33,589 nt of DNA. It comes from Basidiobolus meristosporus CBS 931.73 (taxonomy: Eukaryota; Fungi; Basidiobolomycota). Positions 11,607 to 22,253 of the stretch are shown one piece after another. Positions within the stretch are counted from its first letter, which is position 1. Each line of letters starts with the position of its first letter. Made by a program: the position numbers and the translations under genes. Where the stretch lies: the NCBI GenBank assembly GCA_002104905.1, contig MCFE01000817.1, positions 1 through 33,589 on the forward strand. The letters are read 5' to 3'. Under the pieces are notes generated by a model, which worked only from the letters and a program-made list of their open reading frames with translations, did no database searches and was not told the origin of the DNA.

Positions 11607-12619
11607 TGTTACAAGTCTTGATTTAAGAGTTGTAGAGGAATAGGGAGTTTAGCTAGTGTGGTATTCACTAAACATGAGCTGATTTTTATTTAGGTTTTAA
11701 CAGCTCCTTCTATACATTTTGCTAGATCAATTGCTGACTAATTGTACTTCCTAATGTAGGTTGTGGCTGATGATTCATTTGATTGCATCATCATCACCCA
11801 ATAAGATCCTACTTAGTATCTATTTCTGTCTGATCAGGATCTGCTGATTCATCCGCAGACTGATGCATCATCATCACCCAATTAGATACTACTTAATGTA
11901 TCTACTTCTGTCTGATAAGGATTTGCTGATTCATTTGTTGACTGATGCTACTAATTTGATAGATAAAACTGATGTGCTGGTAGGCTAAATATAAAACTAG
12001 TTGATTTGACTAAAAAGTGATATAACATCAACATTTAAGCAGTATATCATAACATTCTCCCCTACCAAAGATGATAGCATTCTCCTGTATCTCTTTTCTT
12101 GTGATACCAATATCTTGGTGGCTCAGAATTATCAGCAAGTCTTGCAAGTTGGAGTCTGTCTCTAGGACCTAATTCTTTCTGGATATTCCCTTGTTTGTTC
12201 ACTAGTTGGTAAGTTGCAAATGGATATTCTCTGATGATCTTGAATGGTTCTGTACATTGTGGCTCACACTGCTTCTAAGTGTTATCTCTCAGCAATACAA
12301 AACCCCAAACTGTCAACCCTTCTGGTGATATATTCTTATCAAATCTCTGCTTTGTCTTTTCTGCATTTTGAGATATTTTTGCCGGTGCCTCTTGACAACT
12401 TTTTCTAGCTGCTGGTGTCCACTTGGCTTACTGAGCTAATCTTCTGAAGTGTCTGTAAGCATTGATTGTGTGAAATCTCCTGGAATCCTTGGTTCACATC
12501 CTTACTCTAAGTTAAATGGCAATTTTTGGGTGGTGTTAAGTACTCTAACTGTGCAGGTGAAAAGAGCTAGCTCTATATACTTATCCATTATACTAACAGC
12601 TCCATTTGCATACACAGGC
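11607..12619 (-). mobile_element. Minus-strand 3' fragment of Gypsy family A (3' LTR 11607-12054, PPT, integrase tail)
   Basis: LTR-A reverse complement with an 80-bp internal tandem duplication; ttctcccct (PPT complement) at 12055-12063; 12070-12619 matches the reverse complement of ~26410-26950. Confidence 0.9.
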
Positions 12620-15375
12620 TGTTGAAATACTGGACTATTGGGTATCATTCAGCAGCTAAAACTTTACTTATCATTTCTGGAATAGTCTTGCTCACTCTAG
12701 GACTAATTTAGAGCCCCAAATTTGCCAGTTTCTTCACATCTATGAGCCTATGAATATTCCCCTATAGTCAAGATCAAAATAACACTTTTTACCAAACTTT
12801 ATGTACTAACACTGAAACTGTTACAGAATGCTCCTGAATGTCAATAAACCCTCTGTACTTAGTGTTGCAGCTGTATTACATCTACAAAGTTATAAATACT
12901 GATCCTCTTTATGAATAGTTGACAGCTCAGCTATTATTACTATATCTTGATAAGTTCCTTATATCCAGATCACTTCTTCAATTGCAACAGGTTATGAGAC
13001 CTGATTGCCTTATTCTATTCCAAAGATGACTTCTACCAGCTAACAGAACAATACAAAAAGTATTTATGCAGGTGTAAATGATGAAGAAAAGATATTCTGT
13101 CTACTTTGCAGCCTACCAGAGAAGTATGAGCCACTCATGCTTTCTTTTGAAAGCTGAGAAGATAACTTGACTTTAGATGATGTCAAAGCAAGACTTCTCA
13201 ATGAAGAGCTCAGATGTAATGATCAAGCAGAGAAAATTGAAGAGAACCCTTTATTCATCTCAGAGAGGCACACAGAAAAGAAGGGGATACAACAAAACCA
13301 AAGAAAACCTGGTTGCTGTACTACTATGAGAAGCAGGACATTGGGCAAGAGAATGCAAGAAGAAACAAGCAGATAAGAAACAAAACTGGAGAAGGCAAGC
13401 CACATAGCTACTGATGAACAGTTGTCTGTAACTGTACAAGAGCATGCAAGTAACCAAGGTAATTAATGGTGTATTGCCTCTTGAGCATTGCAGCATATTT
13501 ATGGTATAAAGGAGTGGTAAAGCAACTTAAAGACTATTCCCATAAGAAAGGTTTATCTGGGAGACTACTCTGCACTGGAAGCTACTGCCAGTAGGTCTAT
13601 ACTACTAAATATAAGTATTATCTCCAGGGCTACAGCAGTAGAATAGACTGACAAAATCTAGGTCCCTGGAGTAGCTAAGAACCTACCCTCAGTCAGCAAA
13701 GCAACTGCTCAGGGACTGAAATTTGTTTTTACTAAGCTAAACTGCACCATATTGAGTAAAAATGGACAAAAGTTAGCTTTGGGAATCAGAGATCACCATA
13801 TATAGAGGTTACAATGCAATATCATTATACCTGAGTATGCCAATATTGCTGACACTGATGAAACCAACTGGGAGATGTGGCCTAGGAGGCTAGGACATGT
13901 TAGGGAACAGAAATGAGCCAATTGATGAAAAATGAGCTTGTTTTAGGCCTAAATTACTCAACTCCATTCAGATTGAGTGTCTGTAAGGAATTTTTATATG
14001 GCAAACAAGCTAGCCAATGTTTCAGAAGCTCAGAAGGCATTAACACTGCCAAAATATTGGCTATTGTACACTCAGACATATGTGGGCCCATAAGAACACT
14101 GTCCTTTGGAGCCAAGAGATACTATATGGTGTTTATTGATGACATGACAAGATATACATGGGTATGCTTCCTCAAAACAAAGGATGAGGCTTAAGAGATG
14201 TTTAAGCACTTCATGAACATGGAAGAAAAGCAAATTGGGTGTAAATTGAAGTTACTACAAAAAGTCAATGGATGGGAATATTACTCAAAGGAGTTTGTAA
14301 AATACTGCGCATCTGCTGATATAACTATGCAGACCACTATTCCACATAGTCCACAGCATAATGGAGTAGCAGAACATGCATATAGAACAATAATGCAGAT
14401 GGGAAGATCAAAGCTATATGATAAGGGAATGAACCGCAAGTTTGGTGCTGAATCTGTTGCTAGCTCAGTATACATCAAGAATAGATGCCCAACAAAAGCA
14501 CTACAGGAATTTACACCTTTTGAAGCATTTACTGGCAAAACACCAGACCTTCAGCACCTCAGGATCTTTGGCAGTGATATCTTTTATCACATCCCTGACA
14601 AAAAACACTCAAAGCTGGAACTAAAGAGTAAATAGGGATCTTTCTTTGGTATTGTCATGATACTAAAGGGCTAACAATGTATGATGGCAAAATTTAGAGG
14701 CGGATAAAGAGCAGAAATATTGTATATGAGAAGATTTCAAATCAGAAAGCCACAGAAATCATTGGCCAGCTGCCTGATGATGCAATCAACACTAATGAAG
14801 AAGATATGTACCAAATTCAGCCAGATACAGAAGATACTTCTACTAATTCCAGATCAGAGCAGTTTATCCCAGTTTGGAAATCTACAAGAGTAAGAAGTGC
14901 CCCTGGATCCTGGTGGCAGACATCTAATGATGATGAAGCAGCTTATCTTGCCTTATGTGCCAAACCTCAGAATCTGGAGCTGGCAATGCAAAGTCCAGTT
15001 ACTACAATGTGGCAACAAGCTATGCAGGAGTAGTACCAATCACTGATCAAAGCAAGAATGTGGGAACTGGTAGATTTACCCAATGCAAGAAAGCCAATAG
15101 AATGTAGATGGGTCTGCAAGATCAAGATAATCTCAAATGATACTGTTGATAAGTACAATGCTAGATTGGTGGCTAAAGGCTATTCCCAAATCCAATGAAT
15201 AGGCTTTAAGGAAACATTTGCTCTGATTGTGAAGTTTAACTCCATTAGGGCAATTCAAGCCCTGGCAGCTATACACAGTGTAGATCTTCACTAAATGGAC
15301 GTCAAAACAGCCTTTCTAAATGGGGATCTGCCAGACACTATATATATGGAGCAACCAGAAAATTTTAACAGTCAA
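12620..15375 (+). mobile_element. 3'-truncated degenerate Ty1/Copia element (family C)
   Basis: LTR 12620-12989 (TGTTG..CAACA); PBS GGTTATGAGACC; gag C-terminal part LLCSLPEKYEPL..LTLDDVKARLLNEE; W(H)RRLGHV pre-integrase motif; integrase HSDICGP/FIDDMTRY/PQHNGVAE; RT ARLVAKGYSQ and DVKTAFLNGDL; ends within RT. Confidence 0.92.
13913..14635 (+). pseudogene. pol: Copia integrase (GAG-pre-integrase plus rve core), one in-frame stop
   Basis: ORFs 13913-14194 and 14198-14635 are in the same frame; motifs CKEFLYGKQ, VHSDICGP, FIDDMTRYTWVCFLK, PQHNGVAE, LRIFGSD. Confidence 0.9.
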
Positions 15376-15384
15376 AATAGGCTT

Positions 15385-16835
15385 CCAAATATGATGGAAT
15401 ATAAGTCAACTTGTATATATTCTGATCTCCCATACCCAAAGCAATATGGGCACCATTTCAATTAGTGATCTTGCATCCAGAATTGTCAAAGCTGAAACTG
15501 AGTCCTTCTGCAGTGGCCTTGCTTACAGAGAGTAGGTGCTTGGCTATTTCTGGTACATAGAGTACTTCTTTAAAGGTCAGTGTACGGCTTCCTTTGCTGC
15601 TGCTTAGGTTTACTTGGATAGTTCCTTCTCCCAATGCATCAAGTGTTCTATTGTCACCCATGAAAACCTTCTTAATTGGAATTTCTTAATATTGGGTAAA
15701 AAGTTCTTTTTGGTGTGTAAAATGTTGAGATGCTCTAGAATCAAATACCACATCTGTGAATCCTGGTTTGTGGTCATATTTGGTGCAGATATGAATAGTC
15801 TATATTCAGTTATTGCAGCATTTCCATATTCAGGCTTCTTTTGCTGATTATCTTTCTATTTGAGACACCGGTCTGATGTGTGTCCTTTTCTTTTGCAGTA
15901 GCTACAATGCAGGTTGCTGTCACCTTTGTAAGGTCTTGGGTACCTCTTTTGTAGGTTAACATTACTTATTAAAGCATTTTCTTCTTCCTTTCTATTTGCG
16001 CTTGATTTTCTTAATTCTTCATCCAGGAGCCTTCCATAAACATAATTTAAGGTAAAATCTTCAGTTCTAGACTCTGGGGCTAATACAAGGCCCTTAAACC
16101 TGTCTGTCAGGCTATTCAGGATGATAACTATGACATCCTCACTAGTAGTTGGTATGGCCACAAATTCCATCTCATCTACCAGCAGGGTGATTCTGTTAAT
16201 TATATTTTTCATTTCTTCTCCTGACTGCATCTTTGTAGTAAAGCATTTTTGTCTCAGATACATTTTCTTAGCAGCTCAACATGACTGGTAGGTGTCTTCT
16301 AGTGCTTTCCAGGCATTCTTTGCCATTTTTGCACTTGAGCATTGAATTAGCAATTTGTCTTTAACATTATGGCAAGTGCAGTTAAAGGCACTTTGTTCTT
16401 TATTCTGGTACTTCAAGGCTTCCTCTCCCATGTTTTTAGGAGGACATTCTTCTCCCATGACTATATCCCAAAGGCCTCTTTCTTGTAGCAGCAAATTCAT
16501 CTTCACCTTCCACACTTGGTAGTTAGACCCATCTAACTTTTCAGCAGAGGGAAAAATTCCAGTAATAGCAGTTGTAGGCATTGCAGAGAGTGGCAGCTTG
16601 GGGCTCATAACCTGTTGTAAGAGTCTTGAGTATATTGGAAGTGATTGGGAGAACAAGTAGATTATGTGGTTTTCACTTAATGATTCATTGAATGTAAAAG
16701 TAGTATTTATACTTTTACATGGTCTTGGCATAACAAACACGTAGAATAAGTTAAAGAAGGTGCCAAGAACATGTGTGCAAAGTTTGGACTGCTTGGACAA
16801 CTTTGAGAATTTTCATGTTCTGGGTACAGTCAACA
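15385..16835 (-). mobile_element. 3'-truncated Ty1/Copia element (family B): 5' LTR, PBS, gag, protease
   Basis: LTR 16613-16835 (TGTTG..CAACA); PBS 16601-16612; gag KLDGSNYQVWKVKMNLLLQERGLWDIV; zinc knuckle CSYCKRKGHTSDRC; protease FDS(R)ASQHF and VLYVPEIAKHLLSVS. Confidence 0.92.
15856..16609 (-). pseudogene. gag: Copia gag (disrupted)
   Basis: ORF-track segments 16276-16800 and 15856-16263 carry the Copia gag N-terminal motif, a UBN2-like region and a CCHC knuckle; the ATG lies within the PBS (MSPKLP). Confidence 0.88.
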
Positions 16836-17048
16836 TAAGGTCAGAACACTGCTGTAGAAGTGAAGAACACTGCTTATAGTATATTTTGAACGTAATATTG
16901 AGGACATTGGTGGAAGTTATATCTTCTATTGCTATATCAAACTCCCAATAAACTATTTCAGTATTAGTATACTGGAAGTTGTTGTTAACTGCTGATTAGC
17001 TTCTACATCATAGAACAAGCCCCAAACTAATCATAATACAACACAATA
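16836..17048. repeat. LTR-like repeat D, partial copy
   Basis: aggtcagaacactgctgtagaagtga..gttatatcttctattg..caaactcccaataaa..tagaacaagccccaaactaatcataatacaacacaa recurs at 23231-23441; ends CAATA/CAACA. Confidence 0.8.
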
Positions 17049-17213
17049 GATCACTGTCCACCCTGGGTAGCTGCCTGCATCTATTGCAATATGAGTTTGT
17101 ATGCCATCCTGCAGAATACTAGTAAATGATCTTCATGTCAAAAAGTGTAATATTGTCTGCATTGGAGATACCCTGGCCATCTGCAAGATAGCTGGCTTTT
17201 TGGGGCACAGTAA

Positions 17214-17918
17214 TTGGTATTGCTATTGAATGTGTCTGATCCTGAGAATTTGCTTCATATTTACACATATCATTATTGTCTCTACACAATTATCAAGAAC
17301 ATATTCTTCCCACAGAGAGAACAAATAGAAGCCAGTATGCAATTGCAGCAAAGTTGGCAAGCAATAAGCCGCTGGCTGGAATATGGAATCAATTGGAAAC
17401 TGGAGATACTTAAGACAGAGTGTATATGTTGAAGCAAAGGCTTCCTTGTGGGAGCAATGCATTGGCTCTTCAACAATATGCCTTTACTGATGACTAAGTT
17501 ATACATAGGGCATTTCAACCTAAATGAGCCCTTCATGCCCCTACAGCATTTACACACTGAGCTTGCATTGAGATTCATGTGGCTATACTACAGGCAAGAT
17601 GCCAAAAGGATAGATCTCAGCCACTAGTGCATCCAATCTCTACTCCATCTTGCTTGGTGTCTGAAGAATGCTGGACAATGCTTCACCTTTTAGGGGTTAC
17701 TTATAGGGTAGCTGTATGGGGATATAGGAAGACAAGTCTAGTTGCATATACTACCAAATCCTAGTCTCATCAAGAATGTAGCCTTGAGGTCTGTCATGGA
17801 TTTGATGAGTTACTGCATGGCAGACAGCCAGGAAGAGTTGGAGAGTACTGAGGACAGATGTGGACATGGAGACACCTATGCCTGTTGCATTAAGAAGTTA
17901 AGTTGCCCAAATACATGA
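17214..17918 (+). pseudogene. Decayed ~235-codon reading frame of unknown family
   Basis: One frame with 5 internal stops (1 TGA, 4 TAG): ..SWQAISRWLEYGINWKLEILKTECIC*SKGFLVGAMHWLFNNMPLLMTKLYIGHFNLNEPF..LALRFMWLYYRQDAKRIDL.. Confidence 0.4.
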
Positions 17919-18220
17919 GTTATCAGTTACATAATGCACAGTTGGGCTGGACGCAACAACCAACTAATTTTGATTAGGACACCTTTCCCAAAGTTAGCCA
18001 GGTCTCCACTGGGCACAAGCTGATTTCTACACCATTCAATACAAAGTTCCTACAAATAAGAGCCAGAGCATACATGTAGGGGGACTAGAATATATCAGGG
18101 AGAAGAAACATATTGTTTAAGTACCAAAGAGTATTTTACAGATATTCAAGAGGTATTCATGGCAGCAGTGGCAGCAGCCTAGCATATGTTTGCAAGATGT
18201 TTATGTTACCAACAACACAA

Positions 18221-18410
18221 TGTCATGATCACATGACATCCCTGGTCTCCAATTATCTAGCCAAATCAAGTCAGTGAAGAAATCCCAGCTCCTTCTAGAA
18301 TGTTCTACTACATTCTAGCAACTTCTTGAAAGCTCCATGTCAATGTTACACAATGAAAAATTCTATGGAAGCTTCCCATTGGAATATATGTAGTCCCATG
18401 ACATATATGA
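18221..18410 (+). repeat. 5' relic of the LTR of the young Gypsy family (LTR-E), truncated at the DNA transposon TIR
   Basis: tgtcatgatcacatgaca, tgttacacaatg, atggaagctt and catatatg match 28897-29090 in order. Confidence 0.8.
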
Positions 18411-18594
18411 TAGACTTGTTCCGTTGGATAGTGCCACATAGTGCCAGCCTGTTTATAGTGCCGGATTGATCTGGCACTTTACGGCACTATCTGGCACTAT
18501 AATTTCTACCATGATGCCAGTGGTATGATACAGTTACTGGTAATTTTACTCAATCTTACTTATGTTGCTCAGAATTGTGCTTTCCTTGCTTTAT

Positions 18595-19368
18595 TTACTC
18601 TTCATAATGCTCCAGACACATTTCTCTCAGTGGATGTCTTCTTGTATGAACATACTGTGCATTAATAAGTATCTTAACTATTTTACCTATTCTGCTGTTT
18701 TCTCCTATATATGACTTTCCTCTGTATTTACCTGCCAATATGCTGAATTTCTTCAGATATCCAAATGTGTGCTCTACCCTTACTCTGAAATGATTAAATA
18801 TCTCATTGTAGAGCTTCTGCTTCCTGCTAAGCACACCATTCCTTGGCTTCCTATAAGCTGTAATACATCCTAATCTCTGACAGTGCTTGAAACTTTGCAC
18901 AGTGTGCCTTGTACTTGCCAGAATAAAAGTGCCTCTGCCCTCTAGAAGGTCTGTTAATCCTCACTGGGAAGGTATCCAAAATACTCCTGATATGGAACCT
19001 GTTGCTGAACACTCTGGGATATGGAAGTCTATTGAAGCTTCTGAACCTAGTATTCCAAGCTTGCTCTAAGTCATTCATACCCTCTGCAAGGTGGTTCTCC
19101 ATTGCTGTCAGCTGGGAATGAAAGCTTCTAGGACTTTTGTTGCCATGGATGGTGGGATGAAACCTTGTGGGGCAATAGTTCTTGTAATAGCAGAGAAGCT
19201 TAACAAGGGATCTCCTTGAGTAGATTGGGGTTGATGGTCCACAGTACTTGGTATAGATCTTCTCCAGTGTGTCAAAAGGAAATCCAGTGGTAGTGATGGG
19301 ATTGATGAGAAAAGACCATTCAGATGAGTAAGTCGTATTAAAATTGATGGATGATTGTATGGAGGCAT
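18595..19368 (-). pseudogene. DDE superfamily endonuclease/transposase (DDE_Tnp_4-like), frameshifted and internally deleted
   Basis: SILDTFPVRINRP..YSGKYKAHCAKFQ (first Asp region) and KQKLYNEIFNHFRVRVEHTFGYLKKFSIL (Glu region). The segment expected to hold the second Asp is absent. The DTFP frame is open from ~19370 without an in-frame ATG before 19102. Confidence 0.85.
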
Positions 19369-19695
19369 TTTGAATTGATTTGGCGCAATCTGCGCTATTT
19401 ATCTGATTTTTAACACATTATGGTTAAATCTCCATCAATTGCCATGTATCCCATCATTATGTTGCAAAAATCATCCGCAAACAATGCCTTGGTACTTTTA
19501 TTGATGCTTTAATCATAGGTCTATAATCAAATAGGAAATCTGCGATTGATGTGATCTGATCTGTGTCAACGCGATCCAAGATGCATCATGCATAATATAT
19601 GGAAAATTCAACAATCACTTTAGTTTTCATATATATTTCATATAAGACCAGGTTGATGCCAATATACTGCTGTATAAGTATCCAAATCCGTTGCT

Positions 19696-20928
19696 ATGGT
19701 CCCCATACCAAGCCTCAACTCATCTTTAGTACAACCCAGACAAAACCCATCCCCCAGCTCACAAGCGCGGTCCAGACCAAAAAAGTCGATGTTGGATCCG
19801 TTTAAGTTCTTGCCAAATGATTTTAGTATGGCTCAAGTGTCTATGATGAGCCTTCATACCAATATTTGGGCACTACTGATTAATCTAGCAGAACTAGATA
19901 CCTCAGAGAGTCGACAAAGATGGAAGAATTTGAGTAGAAAGCTGTGGCATGAGTTCTACATCAAGATGCCAGCCAATGTATGTAAAAAGATATATAACAA
20001 GACAAGTATTGAAATCAAGAATAAGCTGAGAGTGAGGGGATTTGACAAAGAAGCCGCGCGGGAACAATTTTGCGCGCAATTTGCACAGTACGGGCCGGAC
20101 GCGTCCATTTGTGCCTCAACTTTGGGAACCAAAGAGATTTTGAATGAGTTTTTGCCTCAAATGACTAATGTACTATGTGATATTTTAGTAGAGCTAAGTG
20201 GCTTCCGAGAGCAATATACACAGGACTCATCCAGGCAACAGCTCTAAAGTATCAGACAGAGGGTAAGTGAATACCTTGAGGAATCAGATGGTGAGCTTCA
20301 GGAGGAAGAATACAGACCGTGAGCAACACCGTCAAGATTGCGCCAGCACGCCTCATTGGATTCCCTACCATCTCTTGCAACCACAGCACGCCGGCGCACA
20401 TCAGTCCAGACCACACCAACACCCTTTACCAGAACACCCCGCATTGAGTCAACGCACGCGCTTCAGAGCAAAACTACAAGAACTCGCCAAACTGCTCATT
20501 TAGACACAAGTCCATTGGAGCGGACCGAGTTGCGTCAACATGCAGCATCACATTGAACTCAGCCAAGGGCCATCTCAACGTATCAAGGTGTGCCTGCGCG
20601 TGCCGTTTTGCCTGACCATCAGCAAGTTACTTCTGGTGAACTGACTGATGATGACCAACATGAAGTGCCTCAACCACCGGAGCCCTTGGCAAGTAAAAGA
20701 ATGCGTCAGCGCGTGGCACTACAGGCCGGTTCAGTTTGTTCAGTTGGAGCAATTCAGCGCGGCCAAGCTGCAGCATTGCACTCATCAACTAGGAGGCAAA
20801 ATACTGACTATGAATATACAAGTAGCCAAGATGATAGTCAGCCAGGAAGTAGTATAGGTGTGCAAAGTGAGTCACTACCAAATGCTTCAGTAGTAATCCC
20901 TGTGAGAAAAAAACCCAGGAGAAGATGA
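19696..20928 (+). pseudogene. Transposon ORF2: 411-codon frame (folded N-terminus, acidic linker, disordered tail, C-terminal RKKPRRR) with three premature stops
   Basis: ORF-track ORFs 19696-20247, 20338-20556 and 20590-20928 share one frame; the only stops are TAA 20245, TGA 20320 and TGA 20554. CpG-rich. Confidence 0.75.
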
Positions 20929-21229
20929 TGCAATTGCTTTGAATTGCTGACATTCGTAATGATCCCAACAACCCTTTTTTTTTGCAATCCAAATTGAGCC
21001 ATTGCAAATCAGTGATCATCAAATTTTTGATATAAGTAATATCAAGGTTGTCTCACATTTGAGACAGAAGCCCTATAAATAAACACCCTGCATATATATA
21101 CGTCATCTGTAATACCAGTGCAGCTATTGGATCTGTTTTGCACCTACACAATTGCTTACATATTTATTTCCATTTACATTGAAGAAACATATCCAAATAC
21201 CGGATATTACCTGCCATTATAGCGGTGTG

Positions 21230-21920
21230 GTAGGGTAAACATACCTCCCACAGACAAGTTTATTCATAGAGTCATTATGATATACTTATCCATATTTTAT
21301 CTTATCAGTATTATCCCATTCTTCTTTTGCCCATATTATCAGTATTATCCCCATATGATGTTTACCCTGATTAGTTATTAGCATTAGTTATCCCAGATGT
21401 TATTCAGCTTTGTGATCAGTAGATGTATCTATATAAGGCAAGTACCCGCATCAGTACCCATGACACATGACCTAGGTCTGTGTTACCATCTCTACCATTT
21501 CAATACCATATATGGTATTTCTATGTTGCACAGGTTTCAGACTACTGATTCCTGATTGGTTGAGAGTGCTGTGCCTTTTAGAACCTTCCAGGACATTCTT
21601 GGCATATTTTTAGCTCATAGTGATGTCATCAAGAATTCCACTGATACCTTGAATCTTCTAGAACCTTGTCATTAGTAATCACTTGGCAATCAGGAAAAGT
21701 ATTTAAGGGAAAGCAATCCCTCATCAATAAATCATCCCTTCTATCAGTAACACTTCTACCTTATTGATTAGCAGTTGATCACTGCACCTGCCTTCAGCAG
21801 TACATCTCAGACCTGCCATCAAAGAGCTTTTCAGGGTAGTGCACAAGACACACAGAGGCCTTTGGAGACACTTGGAGCACCTAGGAAGCTAGAGAAGCAG
21901 GAGCTTTTACCATAGTGACA
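21230..21920. repeat. Probable LTR-like relic(s) inside the DNA transposon
   Basis: Repeated ttatcagtattatcc, tatataagg, cacatgac, taccatatatgg (shared with LTR-E), tatttaagg..aataaa, ends gtgaca. No TSD resolved. Confidence 0.35.
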
Positions 21921-22253
21921 TATTGACAAAGACACCAGCAGTTTAGACACAGAGGTTATTGCACCCATCAGACACCTCACACACCTTGAGTTATGTAGCT
22001 TCTCCCAGGAGTACCTCTACACCACCACAGCGGTATCCAATTGCGCACGTGATGCAAACATTACAAGTTGGCGCAATCATCCACGCCAACCTCATTGTGT
22101 CAGATTGTGCCATAGTGTGCAAGATTGTCCCGCATAGTGCAAAATTATCCAAGAACAATCCTGCCTTCTGGTTGCTATAATATTGCGCCCAATTGTTCTT
22201 TGCAACCGCAGATCACGCCACACGCCCTGGCATGGTACAATGGAACAAGTCTA

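Larger units (their letters stand above)
18411..22253. mobile_element. Two-gene DNA transposon (PIF/Harbinger-ISL2EU-like, DDE_Tnp_4) with 16-bp TIRs
   Basis: Left TIR TAGACTTGTTCCGTTG 18411-18426; right TIR CAATGGAACAAGTCTA 22238-22253 (one mismatch); subterminal ATAGTGCC/GGCACT repeats 18428-18500; encloses a transposase remnant and a divergent second ORF. Confidence 0.85.

Noticed and set aside
19826-19888. Possible in-frame intron (GTATGG..CTGAT..CTAG)
   Set aside because: Plausible signals, but the frame reads through without it; undecidable without RNA-seq.
19789-19960. F-box reading of LDPFKFLPND..QRWKNLSRKLW
   Set aside because: The LP-to-W spacing fits neither the unspliced (38 aa) nor the putatively spliced (17 aa) version.
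20263-20270. GTAAGT donor that could splice out the stops in ORF2
   Set aside because: It lies after the first stop (20245) and the frame is continuous, so point mutations explain the stops more simply.
20267-20857. Alternative-frame ORFs 20267-20503 and 20648-20857
   Set aside because: Overlapping by-products of the GC-richer ORF2 frame.
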